This document shows, piece after piece, positions 13,180 through 26,611 of a stretch of 64,000 nucleotides of DNA (its first letter is position 1; the number at the start of each line of letters is the position of its first letter). The notes under the pieces were generated by a model. It saw nothing but the letters and a program-made list of their open reading frames with translations, searched no databases and had not been told where the DNA came from. The stretch is taken from the NCBI RefSeq assembly GCF_004010195.1, contig NC_057719.1, forward strand, positions 7,659,028 to 7,723,027. The letters run 5' to 3'. The position numbers were made by a program, and so were the translations under genes. This DNA is from Chiloscyllium plagiosum. Lineage: Eukaryota.

Positions 13180-14369
13180 AGGAACCAGGTTTACAGACTG
13201 AGTGAGTAGTGCCTGGAGAGAGATAAAGTACGTACTTTTTATAGTTGTAGTCTACCAGGAATAGAGAGCAGGAGTGAGTGACCCGAGTTTGTAAGTGGTT
13301 GAGGTTGTGTAATCAGTTCCTAAGGTTCGAAATGGCAAGAGGTGCTGGCCCCTTTGAATGCTCCTCTTGCAATGTGGAGATGGTGACCATGTGTACAGGA
13401 AGTGTGGTCAGCTGCAGCTCCTGATTTGCCACATGTAACGCCTGGAGCTGCAGATGGACTCAGTATGGAGCATCCATGAGGCTGTGTGTATCATGAGAAG
13501 CACAGTTATCGAGCTGGTTACATCATCAGTAAAGGCTGCACAGACTGAGTGGAGTAGGGTGACTTTCAAGAGGACCAGTAAGTGTGAGCATGCATTGCAG
13601 GAGTCCCCTGTGGCTATTCCAGTCAAACAGAGAAGCCATTTTAGATACTGTTGGGAGTGGGGTGTGACCTCTCGGAGGAAAACAGCAGCCCTATGACTGG
13701 CAATGTTGTACAGAGGGAGGGTCAAAGTGTAGGCCAGCAGTAGTAATAACTCTCCAGGCAGGTGCGCAGCTGTTTCTGTGGCCTAAAGTGACACCCCCTG
13801 CTGTCAGGTTCAAGGATATCTCTGAGTGAGCACGGTTTTCTGATGGGGGAAGAGTAGGAGAAAGTGAGGATTGCAGATGCTGGAGATCAGAGTCAAAAAG
13901 TGTGGTGCTGGAAAAGCACAGCCGACCAGGCAGCATCCAAGGAGCAGTAAAGTCGACGTTTTGACCACAAACTCTTCATCAGGAATTCGAAACTTGACTC
14001 TCCTGCTCCTCGGATGCTGCCTGACCGGCTGTGCTTTTCCAGCACCACAACCAGAGGTTGTAATACTAATGACGTAGGCAGAGTTACGAGGTCCTGCAAA
14101 GGGGGTTAGGTAGGAAGTTGAAAAGCAGAATCTCGAGGATTGTAACCTTTGGATTACTCTCTGTGTCATGTGCCAGTGAAGCTGGGAATAGAAAGATAGT
14201 GCAGTTAAATATGAGGCTAAAGAGCTGGTGTGGGAGGGAGGGCTTCAGATATGTGGAGTTTTAGGATGTCTTCCAGGACAGATGCCACCCAAACAAGAAG
14301 GATGAGTTGCACCAGGGCATCAATATTCTGGCAGGCATGTTGCTGGTGCCACTCAAGGGTTTAAACTAG
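13180..14369 (+). mobile_element. CR1 ORF1 region, decayed; continues as ORF2 remnants at about 15820-16395
   Basis: ESPVAIP motif and the ORF1/ORF2 junction ggtttaaactag, also seen at about 56700 and 59118. Confidence 0.6.
13855..14048. mobile_element. Fold-back Penelope pLTR cassette (family B)
   Basis: Same arms as 12160 and 57308; hammerhead motif decayed. Confidence 0.75.
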
Positions 14370-15815
14370 AGTCATAGAAATATACAGCACGTAAACAGAC
14401 CCTTTAATCCAACTCATCCATGCCAACCTAATCTAGTCCCATTTGCCAGCACCCGGCCCATATCCCTCTAAAACCTTCCTATTCATATATCCATCCAGGT
14501 GCCTTTTAAATGTTGCAATTGTACCATCCTCCAACACGTCCTCTGGCAGCTCATTCCATACACGTACCACCCTCTGCATGAAAACGTTGCCTCTTACGTC
14601 CCTTTTACATCTTTCCCCTCTTGCTCTAAACCTACGCCCTCTAGTTCTGGACTCCCCCACCCCCAGGGAAAGAACCTTGTCTATTTATCCTATCCATGCC
14701 CCTCATGATTTTATAAACCACTATAAGGTCACCCTTCAGCCGGCGACACTCCAGGGAAAACAGCCTCAGCCTGTTCAGCCTCTCCCTATAGCTCAAATCC
14801 TCCAACCCTGGCAACATCCTTTGGAAGGAGACCAGAAAGTGGCCTAACCAACGTCCGATACAGCGGCAACATGACCTCCCAACTCTTGTACTCAATGCTC
14901 TGACCAATAAAGGAAAGCATGCCGAATGCCTTCACTTTCCTATCCACTTGCAACTCTACTTTCAAGGAGCTATGAACCTACACTCTAAGGTCTCTTCATT
15001 CAGCAACACTCTCTAGGACCTTACCATTAAGAAGGAGAAAGTGAAGAATCATTCCTGATGAAGGACTTTTAGCTGAAACATTGATTCTTCTGCTCCTTGG
15101 ATGCTGCCTGACCTGCTGTGTTTCTCCAGCACCACACTTTTGAGCCTTACCATTAAGTGTATAAATCCTGCTAAGATTTGCTTTCCCAAAATGCAGCACC
15201 TCACATTTATCTAAATTAAACTTCATCTGCCACTCCTCAGCCCATTGGCCCATCTGGTCAAGATCCTGTTGTAATCTGAGGTAACTCTCTTCGCTGTCCA
15301 CTGCACCTACATTTTTGGTGGCATCTGCAAACGTACTAACTGTACCTCTTATGCTCGCATCCAAATCATTTATGTAAATGACAAAAAGTGGACACAGCAC
15401 CGATCCTTGTGCCACTCCACTGGTCACAGGCCTCTGTCTTCTACCTTTGAGCCAGTTCTGTATCCAAATGGCGAGTTCTCCCTGTATTCCATGAGATGTA
15501 ACCTTGCTAACCAGACTCCCTTGGGGAACCTTGTCGAGTGCCTTACTGAAATCCATATAGATCATGTCCACCACTCTGCCCTCGTCAATCATCTTTGTTA
15601 GTTTTTGAAAAAACTCTTATCAAGTTTGTGAGACATGACTTCCCACATGCAGCCATCTTGGCTATCCCTTGCCTTTCCAAAAATGTGTAAACCTTGTCCC
15701 TCAGGATTCCCTGCAAAAACTTGCCCACCACTGACGTCAGGCTCATGGGTTTATAGTTCCCTGGTTTGTCTTTACCACCTTTCTTAAATAATCGTGCCAA
15801 GTTAACCAACCTCCA
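14370..15815 (-). mobile_element. CR1 LINE RT and 3' end with internal deletions
   Basis: YMDFSKALDKVP, GVAQGSVL, TFADAT, RRLKGDLI and 3'UTR. It is inserted at the ORF1/ORF2 junction of an older CR1 (actag on both sides). Confidence 0.9.
15032..15144 (+). mobile_element. Penelope pLTR cassette (family B) nested in CR1
   Basis: cctgatgaaggacttttagctgaaacatt; 13-bp TSD ccttaccattaag at 15019-15031 and 15145-15157. Confidence 0.75.
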
Positions 15816-16395
15816 ATTGACTAGTGAGGCAGAAGGTCAGTGTGTAATGATTGAGGAGAAGTCAGACTAAGGTAGCTAAGACTAAGTTTCAGTGGGGGAA
15901 CGTTTCAGGAACAGTGACCATAAATCTGTAAATTTTAAGTTACTTATGGATAAGAGTCGTCCTTGGGTGTAAGTACTAAATTGGAGGAAGACGAGCTACC
16001 ACAATATTAAACAGGACCTGGGGAATGTAGATTGGAGATGACTGAGGGTTAATCCACACCTGACACGTGGGAATCTTTTAAAATCAGGTTCCTGTGGAAA
16101 TGAAGGTTAAAGATGACGATTCATGCACCTTAGAGGACGAGAAATTGAGATCATTGTCTAAAAGGAAAAAAGAGGTTTAGGAAACTGAAAACAGACAAGG
16201 CCCTTGAAGGATAGAAAGAAAGCAGGACAGACCACAAAAAAATTAAAAGGACTAAAATGGGCTATGAAATGTCTTTGGCAAACAAGATTATGGAAAATCT
16301 CAAGGCATTTTATACAGATATGAAGAGCAAGAGGGCAACAAGAGAAAGGATAGACCACTCAAGAACAAGGGGAATATATGCGTGGAGGCAAAGGA

Positions 16396-17024
16396 AGTCG
16401 GTTTTCTGTATACACAGGTTTGTAGTTCTCCGTTGTCCTTTCTTTCGACTGTGACGTCCAGGAATGCGAGTTTGTTGTCGGTTTCTTCCTCGGTGAACTT
16501 TATGCCTGTGAGGGTGTTGTTGATGATGTTAAATGTCTCATCTATCTTGTTTCGTTTTGTGATGACAAAGGTGTCATCTACGTAGTGGACCCAGATTTTT
16601 GGTTTGATGGTTGGTAGGGCTGTTTGTTCTAGTCTTTGCATTACCACTTCTGCTATGAATCCTGATAGCGGAGATCCCATGGGTGTGCCGTTGGTTTGTT
16701 TGTAGATTATGTTGTTGAAGGTGAAGTGGGTGGTGAGGCACAGGTCCACTAGCTTCATGATGTTTTCGTTGGTAACGTGATGGATGGTGGTTGGGGTGGG
16801 TGTGATGGTATCTTCTAAAAGTGTGGTAAGTGTTTCCTTTGCCAGGTCGATGTTGATGGAGGTGAACAGTGCTGTTACATTGAATGAGATAATTGTTTCG
16901 TCTTCCTCTATTTTGGTGTTTTCGATGATTTTTAGGAATTCCTGGGTGCAGTGGATGGAGTGCTGTGACTCTTCTACTAGGTATTTCAGTCTTGCGTGTA
17001 GTTCTTTGGCCAGTCTGTAACCAA
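16396..17024 (-). mobile_element. Penelope-like RT core fragment, open frame
   Basis: SFNVTALFT, QTNGTPMGSPLS, HYVDDTF, FLDVTV, VYRKPT. Confidence 0.9.
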
Positions 17025-19355
17025 TATCCGTACAGCCGCAACATGACCTCCCAACTCCTGTACTCAATACTCTGACCAATAAAGGTGTTGTGAAACTAGA
17101 AAGGGCTCAGAAAAGATTTACAAGGTTGTTGCCAGGGTTGGAGGATCTGAACTATCGGGAGAGGCTGAACAGGCTGGGGCTGTTTTCCCTGGAGCATCGA
17201 AGACTGAGGGGTGACCTTATAGAGGTTTACAAAATTATGAGGGGCATGAATAGGATAAATAGACAAAGTCTTTTCCCTAGGGTGGGGGAGTCCAAAACTA
17301 GAGGGCATAGGTTTGGGGTGAGAGGGGAAAGATGTAAAAGAGACCTAAGGGGCAACGTTTTCACTCAGAGGGTGGTATGTGTATGGAATGAGCTGCCAGA
17401 GGATATGGTGGAGGCTGGAACAATTGCAACATTTAAAAAGATTTGGATGGGTATATGAATAGGAAGAGGGATATGGGCTGGGTGCGGGCAGGTGGGACGA
17501 GATTGGGTTGGGATATCTGGTCGGCATGGACGGGTTGGACTGAAGGGTCTGTTTCCATATTGTACATCTCTATGACTCTATCTTATCTACCTGTGACTCC
17601 ACTTTCAAGGGGCTATGAACCTGCACTCCAAGGTCTCTTTGTTCAGCAACACCGCCTAGGACCTTACCATTAAGTGTATAAGTCCTGCTAAGATTTGCTT
17701 TCCCAAAACTTAGCACCTCGCATTTATCTAAATTAAACTCCATCTGCCACTTCTCAGCCCACTGGCCCATCTGATCAAGATCCCATTGTAATCTGAGGTA
17801 ACCTTCTTCGCTGTCCACTACACCTCCAATTTTGGTGTCATCTGCAAACTTACTAACTGTACCTTTTATGCTCACATCCAAATCATTTATATAAATGATG
17901 AAAAGTAGTGGACCAAGCACCGATCCTTGTGGTACTCCACTGGTCACAGGCCTTTAGTCTGAAAAACAGCCCTCCACCACCACCCTCTGTCTTCTACCTT
18001 TGAGCCAGTTCTGTATCCAAATGGCTAGTTCTCCCTGTATTCCATGAGATCTAACCTTGCTAATCAGTCTCCCGTAGGTCACCTTGTCAAATGCTTACTG
18101 AAGTCCATATAGATCTCATCTACCCCTCTGCCCTCATCAATCCTCTTTGTTACTTCTTCAAAAAACTCAATCAAGTTTGTGAGACATGATTTCCCACACA
18201 CAAAGCCATGTTGACTATCCCTAATCAGTCCTTGCCTTTCCAAATATATGTACATCCTGTCCCTCAGGATTCCTTCCACCAACTTGCCCACCATCGACGT
18301 CAGGCTCACTGGCCTATAGTTCCCTGGCTTGTCCTTACCACCTTTCTTAAACAGTGGCATCATGCTAGCCAACCTCCAGTCTTCCGGCACCTCACCTGTG
18401 ACTATCGATGATACAAATATCTTAGCAAGGGGCCCAGCAATCACTTCCCTAGCTTCCCACAGAGTTCTCAGGTACACCTGAATAGGTCCTGGGGAATTAT
18501 CCACTTTTATGCATTTCAAGACATCCAGCACTTCCTCCTCTATAATATGGACATTTTGCAAGGTGTCACCATCTAGTTCCCTACATTTTATATTGTCTAT
18601 ACCCTTTTCCACAGTAAATACTGATACAAAATACTTGTTTAGTATCTCCCCCATTTTCTGCGGCTCCACACAAAGGCCGCCTTGCTGATCTTTGAGGGGC
18701 CCTATTCTCTCCCTTGTCACCCTTTTGTCCCTAATGTATTTGTAAAAACCCTTTGGATTCTCATTAACTCTATTTGCCAAAGCTATCTCATGTCCCCGTT
18801 TTGCCCTCCTGATTTCCCTCTTAAGTATACTCCTGCTTCCTTTATACTCTTCTAAGGATTCACTCGATTTATCCTGTCTATACCTGACATATGCTTCCTT
18901 CTTTTTCTTAACCAAACTCTCAATTTCTTTTGCCATCCAGCATTCCCTATACCTACCAGCCTTCCCTTTCACCCTGACAGGAATATACTTTCTCTGGATT
19001 CTTGTTATCTCATTTCTGAAGGCTTCCCATTTTCCAAGCGTCTCTTTACCTGCGAACATCTGCCCCCAATCAGCTTTCGAGAGTTCTTGCCTAATACCCT
19101 TAAAATTGGCCTTTCTCCAATTTAGAACTTCAACTTTTGGATCTGGTCTATCCTTTTCTGTCACTATTTTAAATCTAATATAATTATGGTCGCTGGCCCC
19201 AAAGTGCTCTCCCACTGACACCTCAGTCACCTGCCCTGCCTTGTTTCCCAAGAGTAGGTCAAAGTTTGCACCTTCTCTAGTAGGTACATCCACATACTGA
19301 ATCAGAAAATTGTCTTGTACACACTTAACAAATTCCTTTCCATCAAAACCCTTAT
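17025..19355 (-). mobile_element. CR1 ORF2 (APE end to RT) with inverted 3' end (17086-17580 on +)
   Basis: 427-aa ORF with [22 protein letters not shown]; then [10 protein letters not shown] and KFADD. The C-terminus and 3'UTR are on the opposite strand. Confidence 0.92.
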
Positions 19356-19559
19356 GTGGCATGATTAATATTTTTTAACCTGTATATCGTAGATTGGCTG
19401 CTGTAAGGTGTTTTCAGGTTTGTGTTTGAGTAGGTGCAGGTGCAGTTTGTTTAAATGAGGTGTCCCACGCTGTTGAGTGAGGTAAGGGAGGAAACAGCAG
19501 GGGCAATGACAATAATCTTTCATTCCTCTCTGGCCACAGAGAGATGCCAGAGGACATCT

Positions 19560-20001
19560 TAATGTGATATAGTTATTCAAGAAAGGAGCAAAAGATAAAC
19601 CAGGAAACTACAGACCAATCAGTCTATCCTCGGTGGTAGGGAAACTATTGGAAGAAATTCTGAGGGACTGAATTAATCTGCATTTGTTGAGGCAGCGATT
19701 AATCAAGAACATTCAGCATGGTTTTGCCTGACCAATTGGTTTGAATTTTTCAAAGAGAAGACCAGGTGTGTAGATGAGAGCAATGCATCTGATGTAGTCT
19801 ACTTGGACTTCAGCAAGGGTTTTCATAAGGTCCCACATGGTAACTGATAGGGAAGGTGAGAGCCTATAGGATCCAAGGAATTTTGGCTAATGGGATCCAG
19901 AATTGACATGAGTGGCAGGAGGCAGAGGGTGATGGTCAAGGGGTGTTTTGTGACTGGGAGCCTGGGTCCGGTGGATTTCCTCAGGGATCAGTGCTGAGGC
20001 T
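19560..20001 (+). mobile_element. CR1 RT fragment
   Basis: PGNYRPISL, YLDFSKGFHKVPH, PQGSVL. Confidence 0.75.
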
Positions 20002-20235
20002 TGAACTAACTGCACAGGGGTCAGTATCCTGTCACCAAATCACCCTTTATTTCCATGTGCACAGTACATAGGCTCTGACCAGCCAGCTCAGAGCCAGTCC
20101 CCAAAGTGAGAAGACTCACTGAATTTCCTGTTTATATCTGTCAGCCAGGGCTCCCTGATTGACACAGGGTTAGTAACTCCAATCAAGGTTCTTATAGTCA
20201 ATGAGATCCACCTGCCCCTCGCTTCAATCACTACA
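20002..20235 (-). mobile_element. Solo LTR (about 235 bp), probably Gypsy-type
   Basis: On the - strand: TGTAG...TTCA termini, TATA-like gatataaa, then AATAAA. Splits the CR1 [11 protein letters not shown] motif. Related copy at 36646. Confidence 0.65.
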
Positions 20236-21059
20236 GGGCGCTTGTGGTTTGTGATAGGTATAAAAAATATAGACTTGCAAAAAAATGGGATTAAAATAAT
20301 TAGGTGCTTGTTTATAACTTGCACAGATTAAATGGGCCAAATGGCCTTTTTCTGTGTTGTATACTTTATAATTATGACTATGAATGTTTGTCTTTATATT
20401 GCCTTTATCAAATCAGTCTGAATGGTACAGCAGACTCAATGGGCTGAATGGCCAATTTCACCTTCTACATCATATGGCCTTCAGGTGAAGATTTTTCTGA
20501 ACTCCTTTATCAGTAATTGAGAGGAGATCGTCCTAATTCAGATCTGATCCATCCCTGATGAGCACTGAATCAATTGCTTTTGAAAACTGTCAACACTTTC
20601 TGAATAAGTAGGGCATATTTTGCAACTCATTTTCAAATTTGATTCTGATTAGCCCCTTTAGTTCAGATTCAGTCACCCAACATTTATTTGTTCTGGTGTG
20701 AAGCCAGTACGTGTGCTGGATCAGACCAACTTTAGTTCCCAGACTTGAGTATGCGGCTACTGTTCATTTAATCCTTTATTATAATAATAAAGGACAAAAA
20801 TAAATTTTAAGACAGAGCAGACCACTGGATCAATCAAGACTTACATTAAAACAGTTCCTCTTGGTTTTACAGTCGGACTCTTTTGGTGTCTAGAATTGGG
20901 AATATAATCTTTGTGTTTAACAGTAAAAAGTGCAGTGGTCACTAGTAGCTTAAGGAATGGGTAGAGCTCATTGAGACATTGAATATCAGGGATTTAAAAA
21001 GATTTGGCTAGCATTTGAGAACTGTGCTTGTGGCAAAAAAGAAATCTGGTTCTCCCCTA

Positions 21060-21350
21060 CAGAAACAAGCTTGTATCTATCTTGCACTTCTCACAGCCTC
21101 ATTCCAAAGCACTTTACAGCCAATGATGCAATTCGATCACTGTCGCAGGAAACAGTAAAGCCAATCTTCTGCACAGTGAGATCCCACAGTCAATAATGTG
21201 ACTATAACAAGACAATCGCAGTAGGGCTGGGTAAGGAACAAATATTGGACAGAATGCCAGGTGAAGTACTCCCCTGCTCCTCTTCAGAACACCACCTCAG
21301 GAACATTTGTATCGCCCAGAGAGGATGGACTGGGTCCTGATTTGTTTCAT
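21060..21350 (-). mobile_element. Deu-domain-like ancient SINE
   Basis: Reverse strand gaagaggagcaggggagtacttcacctggcattctgtccaatatt...ctgtgggatctcactgtgc. Related pieces at about 6940-7110 and 50560-50860. Confidence 0.5.
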
Positions 21351-21669
21351 GAGATGTTAGTGAAATAGTTCTATCCCCTAAACCAGACACTCGGTCTGGT
21401 TTACACATGAGTCCAGGCAAACCATTTTTGACATTGTCTCTTTAAGAACTTCTTCATTGGTTCAGCAAGCTATTCATTAGAATTAGAATTAGTTTTATTG
21501 TCATGTTTGTGCAAAGCAATTTGCTGCCTTTTCATTGGCAAGTCTTATTTTTGATGGTGTGGAATAGTGGGTGTGCTATCAGGGTTGCTGTGGCTAATTG
21601 CACATTTGCCTTAAGCTATAGTAATGATAGAGGCTCCAGCATGTTTTTTTAAAATCATGTAGGTGACCT

Positions 21670-21979
21670 TAGAACCCCTACAGTGTGGAAGCAGGATATT
21701 TGGCCTATTAAATATCCCACCAAACAGCATCCCCCACCCTAGAACTCTCCATTTCCCCAAGTCTAATCCACCAGAGCCTGCATGTCCCTGGATACTATGT
21801 GCAATCTCCCAATGGGCCAATCCACCAGACCGGCCACATCTTTGGACTGTGGGTGGAAACCAGAGCACCCAGAGGGCAATGTGCAAACTCCACACAGACA
21901 GTTGCCCAAGGGTGGAATTGAACCCTACTCTCTGGCGTTATGAGGCAGCAGTGCTAACCACTGAGTCACTGTGCCACCC
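21670..21979 (-). mobile_element. HE1-like V-SINE
   Basis: Same family as 12806-13125. Confidence 0.8.
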
Positions 21980-22091
21980 AGGAATCTCTTCCATTTTCAT
22001 ATCTATCATTGAAAGGTTGACACAATCAACGTGTTTGGCCTCTTGCATCAACAAGTCTTGATGTGAGACTGAATCACAGAGTTCAAGAAGC

Positions 22092-22299
22092 AAGTACCTT
22101 ACTCATTGTACTACAAGTACCTTACCCACTGTATTATAAGTACCTTACCCATTGTACTACAAGTACCTTACCCACTGTATTATAAGTACCTTACCCACTG
22201 TACTACAAGTACCTTGCCCACTGTACTACAGTACATTACGCACTGTACTACAAGTACCTTGCCCACTGTACTACAGTACATTACCGACTGTACTATAAG
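22092..22299. repeat. 23-bp minisatellite, about 9 units
   Basis: Consensus aagtaccttacccactgtactac. Confidence 0.9.
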
Positions 22300-22409
22300 A
22301 CTGCCATCTAATGTGGCCCTACCAGTCTCAATTCAGGTTTAAGTTAATTCTTTCCATGAAGGCAGTAACTTATAGTGAGATGTTTCACTCTACTACCTCC
22401 CTGACATTT

Positions 22410-22741
22410 TTTTATTCATTAACAGGATGAGGGCATCACTGAAGGCATTTATTTCCCAGAGGTCAGTTAAGAGTCAACCACATTGCTGTGGGTGTGGAGT
22501 TGCATGTAGGCCAGACCAGGTAAAGATGGCAGTTTCCTTCCCAGAAGGACATTAGTGAACCAGATGGGTTTTTCAAACAATCAACAATGGATTCATGGCC
22601 ATCATTACACTCATAATGCCAGATTTTCACTGAAATTCAAATTCCACCATCTGCTATTGCAGAACTCGACCCAGTTCCCAGAATATGACCTGCGTCTCTG
22701 GAGAAACAGTCCAGTGATAATACCAGGAAGCCATTCCCTCC
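22410..22741 (-). mobile_element. Second tRNA-derived SINE family
   Basis: Core gaaggaaactgccatctttacctggtctggcctacatg. Other copies at about 29388-30590 (split by CR1), 37409-37713 and 56405-56520. Confidence 0.6.
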
Positions 22742-24442
22742 CCAGTGCTGGTTATGTGCCAGTAGGGCATGTGCTGTGTTAATAATACAGAGCCATGAAT
22801 TTATAGACATTTACAATTCAGAAGGAGAGCATTTGGTTCTTTGTATTTGCTGGTTGGCAAGGAGCTATCCAGCCTTATCCCACTACCTTCCTACACTTGG
22901 ACCATTGCCTTGCAGATCATGGTTCATTGTATAGACAGCAAGATACTTTTTAAAAACGGTGGGGAGTTTTGCTTGAACCACTGTTCCGGGTCATAACCAC
23001 CCTCTGGGTGAAAATACAACATTATCTTCGGAATTTTAGTGTTGACTAGAATTCAATCCAATTGATAGCACAGAAAGATCCTATCCGTTCCAGCTCACCT
23101 CCAATAAGCTCCTTCCACCTCTGTTATTCACACCCTATCTCTCTCTCTCTTTGTTTCTCTCTCTCTGACTCACCGTCATATCTAATTCCCTCTGAAGACA
23201 GTGATACTGTTTATTTTAATCTCATGGTAATGATTTCACCTCTGAAGAAAGAACTTTCTCCTGAATTTTTTATTGAACCTATGAATATCTATCCTAACTC
23301 AATATCTTTTAATTCCCAGCACTTCTCTCAAATGGGAATGTTGGTACTTTGTACAATGTTATAGTTTAACCATCTGCTGAGTGAGATGAGGTTGTGCTTG
23401 GGAAACTGGTTTCAGGTTATTGCTGCTGGTCCTGGTAATGATTGACAGATTAATTATTGTCTCTCTGTCTTCCTGTGGTACATGAGCAACCAAATGGATT
23501 TTTTTTTTGATTGGCCTGGAGGTTAATGGGACTGTCCAGATGATAGATGGGGAGCTTTCTCTTGCTAACGTTGTGACACTCTTTGCAATTGCCGTCAGCG
23601 AGTCTGGCCGTGAATGACAGCACCCTGCTTAAAGGTGCCCCCACCATGAATATATTTAGGACTTATGAGATCTCCCCATCTAATGAGACAGACTGAGGCC
23701 ATGCTTATGTAGCTAGTGTTCCCTGGAAAAGGTCACCCAGAGGTTCCAGCTAAAACAGCAGCTCCTGCACACTGCCCCATAACATCTGGGGCTAGCTGTA
23801 GAAAACTCCCACCCTCACTTCCTGCCATGGACATAAAAACAACAGAAGGCCAGTCAGCCCTTTGAGCCTATTCTGTCATTCAATAAGATCATGACTGATA
23901 CCGACTTTAGGAACATTGGAATAGGAGTAGGCCATTCAGCCCCTCATCCCTCCTCAGACTATGCCCCATGGTTCTCTAGAATCCCCAATAAGTGGAAATA
24001 GTTTATGTATATCTATCCTGTCTTTTCCCTGTTAATATCTTGAAGACTTCAATCAAACCACCCCACAATCTTCTAAAATCAAACAAAAGCAGGCCTAGTT
24101 TATATAATCCCTTCTCAGAGCTGAGCTGCTGAAGTCAGGATATTACTCTTGTCAACCTACATTGTCCTGTCTCCAAGGCCAATATATCCTTCCTCAGGTG
24201 TGTCGCCCAGATCTGCAGGTACTGACAGGTTTAGCAGCCTTTGAGGTGGAGAAATGCACAGGTCCAGATGAGATATATCTGTTGAGGGAGGCAAGGAAGA
24301 AGGTACAGGTATCATAGCAGTCATTTTCAAATCCACTCTGACCATAGGCAAGGTGCCAAAGGACTGGAAGACTGCTAACATTGTCCCATAATTAAATAAA
24401 AGGGAGGAAGGGACAGACCAGGAAATTACAGGCCAGTCAATC

Positions 24443-25750
24443 TAGCCTAGGAACTTGACGTTCTCAACCCTCTCAACCTCAGCTCCATTGGTGTAGATGA
24501 GGGCATGTTCTCCTCCCTTCTTTCTGAAGTCAGCGATCAGTTCTTTAGTTTTGCCATCGTTGAGAGAGCGGTTGTTCTCATCGCACCATGTCACCAAACC
24601 CTCTATCTCCTTTCTGTGTTCTGACTCATCGTTGTTTGATATCCATCCTGTCCCGGTGGTGTCATCAGCAAAGTTGTAGGTGGAGTTTGTTCTGAATTTG
24701 GCGACACAGTCATGGGTATATAGGAGTACAGTAGGAGGCTGAGAATGCATCCTTGGTTGGGGGTGCTCCAGTGTTCAGCTATCTATTTTCACTGATTGCG
24801 GTCTGTGGGCTATGAAGCGAAGGATCCAGTTGCACAGGATGAAGCCAAGGTTTGAGCTCAGTCTGAAGGGGATTATGATGTTGAAGGCAGAGCTGTAGTC
24901 AATAAGCAGGAGTCAGACATAGATGCCCTTGTTGTCAAGGTATTTTAAGGGCTAGGGAAATGGCATCCCCTGTGCAGCTGTTACATCGGTTAGCAAATTG
25001 CAACAGATCAAGGCAGGCTAGAAGGCTCCAGTTGATGTGGGCCACGACCAGCCTCCCTTATGGAGATCAGAGCCACTGACCAGTAGTCATTAAAGCATGT
25101 TGCATGCGCTTTCTTGGGTACCAGGATGATGGCGGTCTTGAAGCAGATCGGGCCCTTGACCTGTAGGAAAGGAGACGTTGAAGATGGCCCGCTGCCTTCC
25201 TTAGTTGGACTCTCAGGAAGGCTGATCTGATGTCTACAGCGGTGACGGAGGAACCAAGTGCATCTGCGGCTGTTGAGGGAGATGACACCTCACCACTGGC
25301 ATTCTGCTTAAAATGAGCATAAAAAGCCTTGAGCGCATCAGTGATCTGACGTCTACAGCGGTGACGGAGGGACTAAGTGCATCTGCGGCTGTTGAGGGAG
25401 GTGACACCTCACCACTGGCATTCTGCTTAAAATGAGCATAAAAAGCCTTGAGCGCATCAGGGAGGGATATATTTTTGTCCCTTATCTTGCTCTGCATCAT
25501 TTCGTATCCAGTTTTGTTTAGGCCTTGATACCCATGATGGGTTTGAGCCTCTAACCTGGTCCAGTACTGCCTCTGAGCATCTTTGATGGCTTTGCAGATG
25601 TCATACCTGGATTTTCTATACAAGTCTGGGTCATCTGATTTGAATGCTGCCCGCCTGGTCTTTAGGTGGTGATAGATTTCCCGGTTCATCCAAGATTTCT
25701 GGTTCGGGAACGCTCGAATAGACTTCTTTGGCATGCAGTCCTGCACCATT
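24443..25750 (-). mobile_element. Rex1/Babar-like LINE fragment
   Basis: LYTHDCVAK...NFADDTT...NNDESEHRKEI...KTKELIADFRK and FPNQKSWMN. Contains a 119-bp tandem duplication. Confidence 0.75.
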
Positions 25751-26611
25751 TGCTAATGGCACTGCGTTTCCTGATTTGCCAACCAGAGGAAACATCCTAT
25801 TTATATCCAACCAGTCACATCATGTAAGAGTTTTGAAAGTTTTAATGAAGTCACCCCTCCCCCTCTTTATGGCATGTACATTCCTTCTTAGGTAAAGAAA
25901 CCCAAACTGTACAAAATACTCCAAGTGCTATTGAACAAAAGTTCTATACAACTGCAGCAAGACATCTTTACTCCAGTACTCAGCACTCCTTGCAATAAAG
26001 GCAAACTTACTGTTTACTTTGAGCTGGAAGAGGCAATGTGAATCAAATGATGTAACTAAAGATCAATGAAAACCTGGGGATGGTGCATACTGATCTTTCA
26101 GAGTGGGCACAAGTTGGAGAGGATGGTTCTAGAACAGAGCTGATTGTGTGTGCCGGGTGGTGGGGGGGGGGAGGGGGTGAGGGAACCTGATAGAGGTGTA
26201 TTAGATTGTGAGGGGTGAATAGAAAGCTGTGTTCCCATTTGTTGATGAATCAATAACGAGGGGGGCATAAATTTAAAAGCAGGAGGTTTGCAGGGAACTT
26301 GAGGAAAGTATTTTTCACCCAGAGGGTGGTGCAGGCCTGGAATGTTCTGTCTGGGAGGGTACTGGAGGTGGAAAACCTCACCAACTTTAAAATTACTTGG
26401 ATGAACACTTGAAATGTCATAACATTGAAAGTTTGCCAGTGCAGCCAGTGTAGATTTAGTGTAGTTCTGACAGTCCAGACACAATGAGGCAAAGGGCCTG
26501 TTCTGTACTGTATAATTCTATGATTCTATAAAATAAAAGGCATATGGAAAGCTTAGGTTTATTAATAGTGAGATAGGGTGCAAAAGCAAGGAGGGTATGC
26601 CCAGAACATGA

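Noticed and set aside
18079..19362. 427-aa ORF as a host gene or active LINE
   Set aside because: It is a CR1 ORF2 fragment that is frameshifted before the catalytic FADD and lacks the APE N-terminus.
22092..22299. CRISPR-like array
   Set aside because: Units are contiguous with no unique spacers, and the context is eukaryotic.
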